Positions 36,825 through 50,735 of a stretch of DNA of 64,000 nucleotides are shown here, one piece after another. The notes under the pieces were generated by a model, which ran no database searches, was not told where the DNA came from, and was given only the letters and a program-made list of their open reading frames with translations. This DNA comes from Malacoraja senta (taxonomy: Eukaryota): the NCBI GenBank assembly GCA_038087875.1, contig CM075988.1, positions 4,774,001 to 4,838,000 on the forward strand. The letters run 5' to 3'. Positions within the stretch are counted from its first letter, which is position 1. Each line of letters opens with the position of its first letter. The translations under genes and the position numbers were made by a program.

Positions 36825-39261
36825 TGGGGTGGAGAATAATTAAATGAAAGAATTTGTGTTTTTGTTATATTCAGTTTATACCCTGAGTAGTATCCATATG
36901 TTTCAAGTAGGTTCATTAGATTTGGGAGACATATATCTGGTCGTTCAAGAAAAATAATGACATCATCAACGAAAAGACCAATGATATGGACCAATACGGA
37001 CCAATCACCGAAAAGACCAAAAGAGAATGCAGAAAATCAGAACGGAAGTACAAATCTGATAAGCTTCAAATTTCCTTTGAACTCCTGAAAAACAATCTTC
37101 ACAATTACCAGGAAGCGGTAAAATCTGCAAGAACTAAATACTTTTCCACCCTTATCTCCAAATCCGCTCATAATTCCAAGGTCCTTTTTAGCACCATCAC
37201 CTCCATTTGTCCTGCCCCCAGCACCAGCTTAACTGGGTCCCCTGCTAAGTGTGAGGAATTTACTACATTTTTCACCAGCAAGGTAAAAAACATAAGAACA
37301 AATATTTCCCCTCCCATCCGTGACCTGGCTGTCTCATTGGTCTGCTCTTCAAAATTAGAGCAACCCGTTACTCTACCCTCCCTTGTAAAACTGATCACCA
37401 CCATGAAACCTACTACCTGCCCCCTCGACACTGTCCCCTCTGCCCTCCTAAAGGATGTCATTACAACAGCCGGTCCCAGCATCTTCGCCATCTTCAACAC
37501 CTCTCTGGCCACTGGCACTGTACCTACCTGCTTCAAGCATGCGGTGGTCCAGCCACTCCTGAAAAAAACTAACCTCAACCCCACCTTGACAAGCAACTAC
37601 AGACCCATTGCCTTTCCTCTCAAAAGCCCTTGAAAAGATAATTTTAAGTCAACTTATGCCTTACCTTCACCAAAACACTATCTTCGAAACTTGAAGGTAC
37701 ATAATGACCTACTGCTCACCGTTGACTCCAGCGACTGTGCAATCCTGCTCCTTCTTGACCTCAGCGCAGCATTTGATACTGTCCACCACACCATCCTAAT
37801 TGACCGTCTCCGGTATGGGGTTGGTATTGATGGCACTGCCCTGAGCTGGTTCATCTCCTACCTCAAAGGTAGGAGTATCTCGACTAACATAGGCAACTCT
37901 TTCTCCTCCCCAGCTAATCTCTGCTGTGGGGTTCCACAAGGTTCCATCCTTGGCCCCATTCTCTGCTCCCTGCATATGCTCCCCTTAGGCCATGTCATTG
38001 AAAGGCACGGCATTTCCTTCCATTGCTACGCAGACGATACACAACTCTATCTCCCCCTGAAGCCCAAAAAACAATCAAATCTACTTAACCTTACCCAGTG
38101 CTTCGAGGATATAAAGTTGTGGATGGCCCAGAACTTCCTCCAACTAAACGAGAGTAAGTCTGAGGTCATCCTTCTCGGCCCCTCGGACTCAATCAAAATT
38201 ATAGCAGGCAGGCTTTGAAGCCTTACCCCACCACTCAAACCTCACGTCAAAAACCTTGGCGTGATATTTGACTCAGCACTGAAATTTGACAAACAAGTCA
38301 ATGCCGTGGTAAAAGCTAGCTTCTTTCAGCTTCAGACGATAGCTAAAATAAAACAATTCCTCCACTTTGATGACCTCGAAAAGATCATTCACACATTTAT
38401 CTCCTCCCGCCTAGATTACTGCAACTCCCTTTACACTGGCATCAGCCAATCTTCCCTGTCCCGCCTGCAACTGGTCCAAAACGCCGCAGCGAGACTCCTG
38501 ATGGGCACCCGAAAAAGGGACCACATCACCCCGTTCCTGGCCTCTCTCCACTGGCTCCCTGTGCGGTTCCGTATACATTTCAAGGTCCTCCTCTATGTCT
38601 ACAAAGCCCTCAATGGGCTTGCCCCCACCTACATTAAAAGTCTTCTCACCCACCACTCCACCTCCAGGTCCCTCAGGTCGTCTGACTTGGGGTTGCTGAA
38701 TATCCCGCGGTCTAGGCATAAGCTCAGGGGCGACCCCGCCTTTACGGTTGCAGCTCCTAGACTGTGGAACAGCATCCCCCTTGCCATCAGAACTGCCCCC
38801 TCCATCGACTCCTTTAAGTCAAGACTAAAAACTTATCTATACTCCCAAGCCTTTAAAACAATTTTTTTTTTTTTTTTTAATTTTTTATTTATTAGAAGTA
38901 CATTACATTACAACCACATACATTAGTACTCGTCACTTATGTCTTCTTACAATTAATGTACTCCATTTGTTTTTTACACTAGTAAAAGGAAAGGATAAGA
39001 TTGAAAGAAAGAAGAAAGTGAAGGAAAAAGTGAGAGTGTAGAAAATGTGACAACAAAAAAGGACGAAGACCCTATAAGAACAAAATTGAAAACAAAAGAA
39101 AAAGAGTTAAGAAATAGACCCTAGAAAAGAAGGAGAAAGAGAAAGACGAAAAAGAGAGAAACAAATATTTTTTATGAGCATTACGCAAATGGGACATACC
39201 AACTCTTCAACTATCATCCCCCATTACCTGACCTCAATTTTTTTTAAGGTACCTTTGCACC

Positions 39262-42200
39262 CTATATTTGTAATAATTCTATAAATGCAGACCACATCAG
39301 GTGGAAGTGATCTGGTTTACCTGCTAGGAGGAGTCTTATCTCTTCTAGGTGTAATGTTTCGAACATATTTGAAATCCACATGTTTATAGATGGTATTGGA
39401 GCCTTCTTCCAAAATTTTAGGATTAGCTTTTTTCCAGTTATTAACCCATAGTCTATTAGTTTCTTTTGAAACACATTTAGTTCTGGACCATCTTCCGTTA
39501 TTCCGAAGATAATCCATTCTGCTTTGGGTATCAGTTTTATTTTAAATAATTTTGTAAAGATTTTGAAAATTTCATTCCAAAATTTTTGAATTTTTGTACA
39601 GAAAACAAATGAGTGCGCTATAGTAGCTTCTTGGGATTGACATTTATCACAAATAGATGATACATTTGGGAAAATGTTATGAATTTTAGTTTTGGAATAA
39701 TATAATCTATGTAAAATTTTAAATTGTATTAAAGTGTGTCTTACATTAATCGAAAATTTATGCACGTTTAATAAGTGTTCATTCCAACTTTCCTTTGAAA
39801 TTTTAATAGCTAACTCTTGTTCCCAGTCTCTTCTGATACCCTCCGTAGATGGTATTTCTACATTTAAGATAATATTAAACAAATATGATATTAAGTTTGC
39901 TGATTCAGCTTTTATCTGCATTGCCTCATCCAATACATCTGCTGGGTTATTATAATGATCTTTTGTATATTTTTTCAAATAGTCGCATATTCGAAAATAT
40001 TTTAAATATTGATTATTTCCGAGTTTATATTTTATTTGTAATTGTTGAAATGAAAGTAATTTTCCAGTTTCATACAAGTCACCGAACGTTTTAATTCCTA
40101 GTCTATCCCAATGTGTAAAAGCTTTATCTATAATAGAGGGATTGAACGAAGGGTTATTAACTATGGGTAATAAAAGTGATACATTTCTTAATTTTAAATT
40201 TTGTTTTATTTGTTTCCAAATTCGGATTGTGCTATGAATAATTGGGTTCTTATTATAATTTATATTATTCAGTTTCATTGGAGAGAGGAGGATCGCTCCA
40301 ATGTTTCCAGAGGAGCAATCCTCTTTCTCCATTACAATCCAGTCCACTTGCTGGGCGGAGTTAACCATCAGTTGAATCATATTTTTAATATTTACTGACC
40401 AATAATAATACATAAAATTAGGTAGTGCTAAACCCCCTAATACTTTAGGTTTATTCAGATGAGTTTTTTGTATTCTATGTGATTTATAGTCCCATATAAA
40501 ATTAGTGATATCTGAGTCGAGTTTTTTAAAAAACTTCTTTGGTAAGTATATTGGAATCGATTGAAATAGGTATAAAATTTGTGGTAGAAAGATCATTTTT
40601 ATTGCATTTATTCGGCCTATTAAAGACATCGGGAGCGTTTTCCAGAATTTAATTAGTGTGTTTAATTTATTAAGTAGGGGATCAAAATTTGCCTTAAACA
40701 TACCTTGATATGTTCTAGTAATTTCGATTCCCAAGTATTTAAATTTTTCTGTAGCTATTTTAAAAGGGAATTTTAAAAGATGTGTTGAATCTTTCGGTTT
40801 TATTGACATAATTTCACTTTTATTCCAATTTATTCTATATCCAGAAAAAGATCCAAAGTCTTCAATTAAATTTAATATATTTGGTATAGTGATTTGAGGT
40901 TTTGTAATGTACAGTAATATATCATCCGCGTATAAAGATATTTTATTATATGAATCTTTAGTGTTATATCCATGGATATCAAGGTGTATTCTAATTTTTT
41001 CTGCTAGCGGTTCAATAATGAGAGCAAACAGCTGTGGTGATAATGAGCATCCTTGTCTATTTCCCCTTGATAGTTGCAATTTCGAGGATAATATGTTATT
41101 AGTTAGTATTCTAGCTGTAGGTTTATTATATAGTAATTTGATCCATAGAATAAAATTCTCTCCCAGTTGGAATTTTTGTAATACTTTATCCATATAATTC
41201 CATTCTACTTGGTCAAATGCTTTTTCAGCATCCAGCGAAATAATTGATAATTTTTGATCTTCAGATTTGTGTGAGTGCATTATGTTGAGTAAATGTCTCA
41301 TATTGTTAGATGAGTATCTCTTAGGGATAAACCCCGTCTGATCTGGGTTTATTAATTTACTAATGTATTTACTTAATCTTCTAGCTAATGTTTTCGCTAA
41401 TATTTTTTGATCTGTGTTTAACAATGCTATAGCTCTATATGAACCCGGTTCTTCTAAATCTTTGTCTTTCTTAAGTATTAGTGTAATCGTTGATTCCGCT
41501 AATGTATCAGGTAGTATTTGTTTTTTAAAAGCATATTGGTACATTTTTTGTAATCGTGGTATTATTTTATCATAAAAGCTTTTATAAAATTCATTAGTAA
41601 ATCCATCAGGACCTGGTGTTTTTCCATTCTTTAGTGAGTTTATTGTATCTTCTAATTCCTTAATTGAAATTTGTGCACCCAATTCCTCTTGTTCCTTCAG
41701 CTCTAACTTTGGAAGATTACAATTATCCAAAAACTTTGTGATATTATTGGAATCAATTGTCGTTTTAGATGTATACAAATTCTCATAAAATTGCGCAAAT
41801 CTTTTATTAATATCCTTCGGTGTTGTTAATAATTCCCCTTTATCTGATTTAATCTTTGGGATAGTATGTTCCTTTTCTCGTTTTTTTAGCTGGCGAGCCA
41901 AAAGTTTATGCGGTTTATCCCCAAATTCAAAGTGCTCTTGTTTTGTAATTTGAAAAAGTCTTATAAGTTTGGCAGATAATAATTTATTTAATTTAAATTT
42001 CAAAATTATTATTTGTATTATGTTTATCTATTGATGGATCTTTAGCATTATCTATATCTATTTGTCTAATAAGTTCTTCTAACTGTCTTTGTGCATTCTT
42101 ATACTTTTTATTTTGAAAAGCTTGATATGAAATTATAATACCCCTAATGTATGCTTTAAAAGATTCCCATAATACAGTAGACGATATATCTGGAGTATCA

Positions 42201-43038
42201 TTTATTTGAAAAAAGGCATCCATTTGTTCTTTTAAATATATACTCGCTTGTGGATCTTTTAGAATTTGAGAATTAAATCTCCAAAACGATTTATTCTTAA
42301 ACATTCCTTCCAGTTTTAAAAATAAAGTTAGTGGAGAATGGTCTGAAATCGAATTTGTGTGGTATGTTGGGTTAAATGTTTGAGGGATTAATTTTGTATC
42401 CAGCAGGAAGTAATCTATACGTGAGTATGTCTTATGTACCATTGAATAAAACGAGTATTCCCTGCCAGTTGGATTAACAATTCTCCAAACATCTGCTATA
42501 TTAGTATTGTTTATATAAGTATTGAGAAGTTCCCCGGTTTTTGATTTCATATTCCCTCTCTGTTTTTGGCTTGATTTATCTAAGTACGGATCTAAAACAC
42601 AGTTAAAGGCTCCTCCTATTATAACATTTTGAAAGTTAAACTCTGCAATTATGTTGAAAATTTTATTGAAAAAGTGGGGATTGTCAAAGTTAGGGGCATA
42701 TATATTTACCAAGGTAAGTGGAGTATCATGAATTTCTCCATTAACTATTAAGTATCTCCCTTCTATATCTGTTATGATATTCTTTGCTTTAAATGGTATA
42801 CCTTTTCTTATAATAATTTCGAAGTGAATGAAGAATGGTATGTTTGACCTATCCATTTCGCCCTCAACCTAACTTGATCCTGAGATTTTAAGTGTGTTTC
42901 TTGTAAGAAGATAATGTCAGAGTTGTACAGTTTCAGCTGAGCTAGTATCTTACCCCTTTTAATAGGTTCGTTAATACCTCTTATATTCCAACTACAAAAT
43001 GAGATTCTTCCTAGGTTCTTTTGTTTAGTGTCATGCAT
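39262..43038 (-). pseudogene. L1 ORF2 (APE endonuclease plus RT), two frameshifts
   Basis: SWNIRG, FLQETH, NIYAPN, YSRIDYF, SDH, GKTPGPDG, YADD and CDKC motifs in ORFs 43038-42808, 42856-41993 and 42003-39262. Confidence 0.93.
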
Positions 43039-43862
43039 TTTGAATAATTATAGTACCTTTAAATCTTGTGGTGCATCCATATCCCAGGTCTTTGGGTATT
43101 GGGGGAACTTTTGAATTTTTAAGTTTTGTTGGTATATCCATTTTACGCTTATCACTAAACACAAAACACAAACATGTGAGTTTATGTGGTAATTAAAAAA
43201 CACCGAAAAAAGTGAAAATACAGTGTCTAATATAGTCGGCACTGTAGCGAGTGTCCCACCTGTAGGTGGGAAAAAACCTTGTTTTGACTTCCATTGTGAT
43301 GTTAAACAAATAGCTCCGCTCTCTTGGTTGATCATAACATATTAAAATATTAAAACGGGGCCTCACATTCAGATATATAATACAATTTTACCCTATATAT
43401 TTCATTATAACATATCATATATATATCACAATTTTAGCTACTAATTATTAAACCGATACTTTTGACTTCAATAAGAATCAACTGTTGGTTGAAGGGGTTA
43501 ACGAGACGTGCCTAAGCCAGGTGCTCGTTTCTCATCCCCTCCTCCCACTTATAGATAAGGTTTCAATTTATTAAAAATTTATATTAGTATGTTAGATCGT
43601 TATTTTTTATTTTTATTTTTGTTAGTATTCTAATCTAACATGAATAACTTATTAAGTTATTAATAGGATAAATTCTTACAATTGGTTTTAATATTATAAT
43701 CTAATAAACAAGTAAGTGCTTCTGGTATATACCATTCCCATCTGTTTACTCATTTTGAACAGAAAGTGTCCTTGATTCAACATTCCAAAGATAACAGTCT
43801 AGCTATCCCCAGACAAAGCATTGCTTAGAATGGTTCAGATCTGCCAAACCCCCATTTGATTT

Positions 43863-44984
43863 CTATTTTTCAACGATAGTTTGGGCATATTTGAATGCGT
43901 CTTCAGGCTTAACAAATGACTTTTCAGAACCCTTGAAGGAAATACGCATTTTCGCTGGATAAAAAACTCCATATCTGATCCCTTCTTTCCCTCTTAAAAG
44001 ATCCTTAACCTTCTCGAATTTGTTTCTTTTTTGCACAATTTCATACGGGTAGTCCCTGAATATCTTGATAGTGTCATTGTCCAGGTGCAGTTGCACACCG
44101 TGTTTGATTTTGCTCATAACATCTTCCAGTTCTAAAATATCCCGAAATTTCACAATAATACGTCGTGGATAAGTTCTTCCCGCACCAGATCTTTGTGTAA
44201 ATCTTGGGACACGATGAGCCACTTCGATTTTCGGTTCTTTGGAAAGATTAAGCAGTTGTTTAAGCAAGCCCATGGCAAACTCACGCACATCCTCCCCCTC
44301 GGCTCCCTCTGAGACTCCAAGAATTCTGAAATTCTGACGTCTAGAGCGAGCTTCCAGGTCCAGGCATTTTTCTGAGACTTTACCCAGTTGAATCACCATC
44401 TGTAGTTAAGTTTGTTCATTTTCTTGCCTCATTTGCTCATGTTCTTGCCTCATTTTCGCCATGTCTTCAACCACTCGAGCCGTGTTTTTCTCCAATTCCG
44501 TAATTGTGCGCATACTTGCAGCTACTGTTTCAAGCACAGCCGTGAACCTGTCCGTAGTAGTTTCATCCATCTTGTCCATTCTCTCTGATAGTCCATCTTT
44601 CACCTCATCAATTCGTTTATTCATAATGTCCAGTGAATCAATCACCTTCTGATTGCCAGCATCCATAGCCTTCTGATTACCAGCATTTAAATCCTTCAAC
44701 ATCTTTTCCATTTTTTCCATCATATTTCCCATATTTTCCTTCATATTTTCCATCATAATTTTATTTTCATCCAAAATCTCATCTTTCATATTTTTCACTG
44801 ATTTCTTCAAGTCATCAAACTCTTTCTTAGCTCTTGTATCCATTTCTGCAGCCACTTCAGAGACTTCAGAGACTTCAGAGACTTCAGAGACTTCAGAGGT
44901 AACTTCTGGTTCAGACTTCTTCTGGTCTCTCAGCAGCTTTTTCACTGTTCTCTGAGGGCTCTCAGCTGGAGACACTTTACTCAT
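43863..44984 (-). pseudogene. L1 ORF1 (coiled coil plus RRM/CTD), one in-frame stop
   Basis: Heptad-rich N-terminus with (EVS)n, then DLEARSRRQNFRILGV..AHRV..YPAKMRI. TAA at 44408-44406 is in frame. Confidence 0.9.
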
Positions 44985-45809
44985 TTAAAGGGCTTTAAAC
45001 CACCGTTTAAAACATCGCGCTTAATGATGACGTCATCAGCGCGGCGACCAGAAGCTCCGGTAAGGTTTTTAAATCCAATCCCGATTTATGGACCCGTTTT
45101 ACACGATAAATCGTGAAATTTTTCGGGAGAGGAGCTAGGTGCACGTCTGTTAATCCAACATGGCGCCACCGGAAGTCCTCTTGACGTCCTCTGAGCGAGG
45201 GCTATATGTATATATGTATGTAGTTTGTTTGTTTATATTATTCTTATAACAAATGTAAAGCACTTTGGCCATCGAGAGTTGTTTTTTAAAGTGCTATATA
45301 AATAATTGTGACTTAACTTGACCTGATATGTTCTTTCCCCCCTATTTTGACCCCCTGCAAGTCTTCTCTCTGCCTTATTGCTTGTGCTAAGGGTTCAACA
45401 TACAAAACGAGGAGAGTAGGAGAAAGACAGCATCCTTGATCCTTGTCGTACCCCTCTCTAACTGGATCCTTTTTGATAGGTTTCCATTTACCTTAATCCT
45501 AGCTGTAGGCACCTGAAATATTCAAGATTCAAGATTCAAGATTCAAGAGAGTTTATTGTCATGTGTCCCAGAAAGGACAATGAAATTCTTGCTTTGCTTC
45601 AACATAACAGAATATAGTAGGCATAAATAAATACAGAACAGAACAGAACAGATCAGTGTGACTATATTCCAATGAATACACCAAATTTTAATACACCGAA
45701 TTGTATCTTCATTGAAACCAAATCTCCTTAGTACTTCATATAAAAATACCCAACTAACACTATCAAAGGCTTTTTCTGTATCCATACTAACCAGGACCAT
45801 ATTTGTATC

Positions 45810-46589
45810 TTTTTTTTTTTTTTTTTTTAATTTTTTTTTTTTTTAATTTTTATTTATTAGAAGTACATTACATCACAGCCACATACATTAATACTCGTCA
45901 TTTATATCTTCTTACAATTAATGTACTCCCTTTATTTATTTTTTTACACTAAAGAAAGAAAAGATTGAAAGAGAGAAGAAAGTGAAGGAAAAAGTGCAAG
46001 TGTAGAAAAGTGTAGAAAATGTAACAACAAAAAAGGACGAAGACCCTATGAGAGCGAAATTAAAAACAAAAAGAAAAAGAGTTAAGAAATAGGCCCTAAG
46101 AAAAGAAAAGAGAAAGAGAAAAAAAGAAAAACAAATGTTTTTTTTTGAGCATCACGTAAATAGGACATACCAACTCTTCAACTATCATCCCCCCTTACCT
46201 GACCTCAATTTTTTATTTTTTTAAAGTACTTTTGCACCCTATGTTTGTAATAATTCTATAAATGCAGACCACGTCAGGTGGAAGTGATCTGGTTTACCTG
46301 CTAGGAGGAGTCTTATCTCTTCAAGGTGTAGTGTTTCAAACATATTTGAAATCCACATATTTATAGTTGGTATTGGAGCCTTCTTCCAAAATTTTAGAAT
46401 TAGCTTTTTTCCAGTTATTAACCCATAATCCATTAATTTCTTTTGAAACACATTTAGTTCTGGATCATCTTCCGTTATTCCGAAGATAATCCATTCTGCT
46501 TTGGGTATCAGTCTTGTTTTAAATAACTTTGTAAAGATTTCAAAAATTTCATTCCAAAATTTTTGAATTTTTGTACAGAAGACAAATGA
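45810..46589 (-). mobile_element. 5'-truncated L1 (same family as 38860-45178) with 9-bp TSD
   Basis: Highly similar to 38860-39610; TSD ATTTGTATC at 45801-45809 and 46590-46598. Confidence 0.9.
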
Positions 46590-47123
46590 ATTTGTATCAT
46601 TTTTTTAAGCATTATCTGCAGTGTGGAGGGTTCTACTAATATTGTCCTGTGTTTGACGCCCCCTAATAAATCCAGTTTGGTCTTCATTAATCGGATCTGG
46701 TACAAAAGTCTCGAGTCTTTTGCAAATGATTGAGGTAAATAGTTTGTAGTCTACATTTAAAATTGAGATTGGCCTGAAATGTTTACATTCCTCTTTGTCT
46801 TTGCCTTCCTTAGGTAAAATGGTAATAATTGCTTCCTTCCATGATGGGGAAGCCCTGCCCTCTTTAAGGGTCCAGTTAAAGCAAGACAGGAGCAGAGGTG
46901 TTAGCTCTTTCTTAAAGGCCTTGCACCATTCTTGTGGAAACCCATCGCTGCCTGGTGATTTACTAGCCTTAAGTCTACTGATTGCAGCTTCCAGCTCCTT
47001 CACAGTAAATTGTGACGTAATGGTATTATTTTTTATCTCACCAATGGATGGCAGGTCGAGTGAGTTAAGAAAACTTCTCATTGTCCTTTCGTCAGCTGAT
47101 GGTGGTTTGGAATAGAGTTTCTT

Positions 47124-47270
47124 CTTTTTCTTCTTCTTCTTGTGTATGGCGTGCACAGCCTAAAGTTGTAGGACAACTTGTTCTATTTGATCTTACTTGA
47201 TTGTGCACGCCAGGTTGATTGCATTCGTCGAAACAGGGCGGACCACTTGAAGGTTGCAATCTCCCACCCC
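47124..47270 (-). mobile_element. Short retroposed element with (GAA)n tail and 14-bp TSD
   Basis: TSD GAATAGAGTTTCTT at 47110-47123 and 47271-47284; internal inverted repeat TGGCGTGCACA / TGTGCACGCCA. Confidence 0.8.
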
Positions 47271-48521
47271 GAATAGAGTTTCTTATAGTGCTCTTCAAAT
47301 ATTCTTTCTATCTCATCTGGTTCATGTGATAATTGATTGGTTTTAGGATTTCTTAGTTTATGAATTGTATTAGAGGCCTACTGTTTACGCAGGCGTCTGG
47401 CCAGGAGTCTAGTTGCTTTTGCACCTGCTTCATAATAGGTCTGCTTTACAAATCTTGCCCTTTTTTCCATATCTCCCCTGAGGATCTCATCTATCTCCCC
47501 CCTTATTTCCTTAATCTGTTTTAGTACCAACTGATCCTGTGCGTTTTAATGTTTTTTCTCCAGTTCTTTCAATTTTTCTACTATATGTTCATATGTAGCT
47601 AGCCGGGCCTTTTTTTGTGATGATGTCAGGGCGAATGCTTTCCACATATAACTGCCTTCATAGCATCCCACAGTATTACAGGATCCACATCGCTATTATC
47701 ATTCTCTTCTATGTATCTTTTTATCTCTTCCCTTATTTGTTCCACATTTGCCTTATTATTCAAAATACCCATATTGAGCCTCCAAACAGTATTTCTTGTT
47801 CTACTATTCAGGTGCACTGTCAAGCTGATCGCACTGTGATCAGATATATAAGTCACCCCAATTTTACACCCTGTGGCTTTCACTCGTATTCATTAAAAAG
47901 TAGTCAATCATGGAGTAGACTGGGTGAGGTACTGAATAGTGTGTACAGTCCCTTTCTAAATGGTGAAGTTCTCTCCAAACATCAATTACACCCATTTCCT
48001 GCACTGATGTGTTAATAAACTTGGTCAGATGCATCTTGTTTTTCTTTAGGCTTGTTGTATCCAAATTATGATTCATGACCACATTGAAGTCCCCTCCACA
48101 TATCAAAATACCTCCAGTCTCTAAGGCAATAATGTCAAACAGAGTTTTGAAATAAACATTTGGTACTCTCTGGGGTCACATATACATTGATCAGTGTCAC
48201 CACTTTGTTTTCCAGCTTTCCTTTAACTAATACATACCTTCCCTCTTTGTCACTGACTTCTTTATGGCATTCAAATTGGACTGCAATACCCAAATTGGAC
48301 TGTGTAAGTTTCATGCAGAGTGTAGGTGTGTGTGAGGAGTGGGGGGAGCTTGGAGGGGTGGAGTTTGTGAGGTGCGTAGTTGTGTCTGGGAATGTAGGTT
48401 TGGTGGGGTGCATGGATGTGTATGGAGTGTGTGGGAGTTTAGGGTGTGGGGGTGTGAATGTAGAGGTTTTGAGAGGAGGGTGTGGTGTGTCTGGGTGCGA
48501 GGATGTTTCGGAGGAGTGAAG

Positions 48522-48830
48522 CTTAGTTTAATTTAGAGATACAGCGTGGAAACAGGCCCTTCGGCCCACTGAGTCCGCACCGACCAGCGATCCCCGCACA
48601 GTAACACTTTCCTGCACACACTAAGGATAATTTACATTTATACCAAGCCAGTTAACCTGCAAACCTGTACGTCTTTGGAGTGTGGGAGGAATCCAAAGAT
48701 CTCGGAGAAAAACCCATGTTGTCTTGGGGAGAACGTACAAACTCCGTACAGACAGCACCCGTGATCGGGATAGAACCTGGGTCTCCGACGCTGCAAGCGC
48801 TGTAATGCAGCAACTCTACCGTTGTGCTAC
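48522..48830 (-). mobile_element. HE1-like SINE
   Basis: Standard tail and head in reverse. Confidence 0.85.
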
Positions 48831-49027
48831 CCCACGGTGGGAAGTATCTAGGTATGTAGGTTTCAGGAGTGTGTGGGGGATGTATGGGGAGATTAGGATG
48901 TGGTGGTTGTGAGATGTGTGTGAGTGTGTGTGAGTGTGGAGATTTAGTGGGGTGGTACGGGAGTATAGAAGGTAGATGGGGAGTTTGACGTATGTGTAGG
49001 GTTTATTGGGTTTGTGGGAAGTATATG

Positions 49028-49406
49028 AACATATAGAAAATAGGTGCAGGAGTAGGCCATTCGGCCATTCGAACCAGCACTGCCATTCAATATGATCATG
49101 GCTGATCATCCAAAATCAGTACCTCGTTCCTGCTTTCTACCCATATACATTGAGTCCATTCGCCCTAAGAGCTAAATCTAACTCTCTCTTGAAATCATCC
49201 AGTGAATCGGCCTCCACTGCCTTCTGTGGCAGAGAATTCCACAGATTCACAACTCTCTGAGTGAATAAGTTTTTCCTCAACTCAGTTTTAAATGTCCTAC
49301 TCCTTATTCTTAATCTGTGACCCCTGGTTCTGGACTCCCCCAACATCCGGAACATTTTTCCTGCATCTAGCCTGTCCAACCCCTGAAGAATTTTATATGT
49401 TTCTAT
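49028..49406 (-). mobile_element. CR1 LINE 3' end
   Basis: DRLDAGKMF..RTRGHRLRI..FTQRVVNLWNSLPQKAVEA. Confidence 0.9.
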
Positions 49407-49714
49407 GGGGGATGGTCAGGCTCCAAACCAATTCACGGGAGGATAATTTTGATGAGTGAGAGGTGGATCAGTGGGAGAGGATCTCTTGAGTATGACGGTA
49501 ACAGAATTGGTTCATTCTGTTACAAATTGGATGGATTTTGTTCAGAAAAAAACATTTTGCAATAGATTTGCTGTATAATTTGTTTGATGACCTGTGGTAA
49601 AACATGTGAAGCAGAGGAAGGGGTAACGCTAGGCGAGGAAACTCAATGAATGATGCGGCCTCTTTATGCTGGAGTCCTGACTTCCTTGTCAGTGGTGTGA
49701 ACAGTTGCAACTTC

Positions 49715-49771
49715 ACACAACCACACACTCTGCGCACAACCCACAGCTCTCCGATACAATGCCACACTCAC

Positions 49772-49815
<44 letters not shown>

Positions 49816-49877
49816 ACCCACACCCACACACCACACACCGCACACAGCCCACAGCTCTCCGATACAATACCACACTC

Positions 49878-49919
<42 letters not shown>

Positions 49920-50374
49920 ACCCACACCCACACACCACACACCGCCCACAGCTCTCCAATACAACTCTACACTTACACACATACACCCACACACCCACAC
50001 GCACACACGCACACACTTACCAGATACACACACCACACACACACACTTGCCACGTACACATGCACACACCTCACACTACACACAAACACACCACAGACAC
50101 ACAGATATAACACAAACACACCACACACATACACGTGCACACACACACATATACACACACACAGATACACTCACATACACAGATACACATGCATACACAC
50201 ACACAGATACACACATACACACACGCATACACACACATACACACACACATAGGTACACACACACTGATATACACACACACATACACAGATACACACACAT
50301 ACACAGATACACACACACAGAAACACTCACATACACACACCCACACACACAGAGACACACCCACACACACACAG

Positions 50375-50453
<79 letters not shown>

Positions 50454-50735
50454 CATACACACACTCACACACAGATACACACACACACACACACACACAT
50501 ACTCACACACAGACACACACACATGGATACACACAGACATACACACACACAGATACACACACACTCACACAGACACAGACACGTACAGATACACAGACAC
50601 TCTCACACAATCCCACACACACAGACACACATCTCACACAACCCACACACACACACACACACCCCACACAACCACACACCCAGACTCCCTACATACCCTA
50701 CACATTGTGCACCTCCCTCACACCACACCACACAA
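49715..50735. repeat. Long degenerate (CA)n microsatellite
   Basis: Directly visible; source of the HT/CV ORFs. Confidence 0.95.

Larger units (their letters stand above)
38860..45178 (-). mobile_element. Near full-length L1 retrotransposon
   Basis: 5' GGACTTCCGGTGGCGCCATG, ORF1, ~820 bp spacer, ORF2 with EN/RT/C-terminal cysteines, 3' UTR, AATAAA and poly(A). Confidence 0.95.
37010..45322 (+). mobile_element. L2 LINE (RT plus 3' end) interrupted by an L1 at 38855-45178
   Basis: NYRPI, LLDLSAAFDTV, GVPQGSILGP, YADDTQLY, SRLDYCNSL, LHWLPV motifs. YSQAF|LDVL* rejoins across the L1; TGTAAAGCACTTTGG tail. Confidence 0.92.
31090..48290 (-). mobile_element. Old L1/Tx1-clade element ORF2 plus 3' UTR, shattered by at least six insertions
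   Basis: Collinear pieces on minus: EN 48290-47285 (EGRYVLVKG, ICGGDFN, IDYF, SDH); RT 47110-46600, 45800-45690, 45520-45325, 36980-36841; C-terminus 33430-32477 and 31859-31395; T-rich tail on plus near 31090. Confidence 0.8.
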
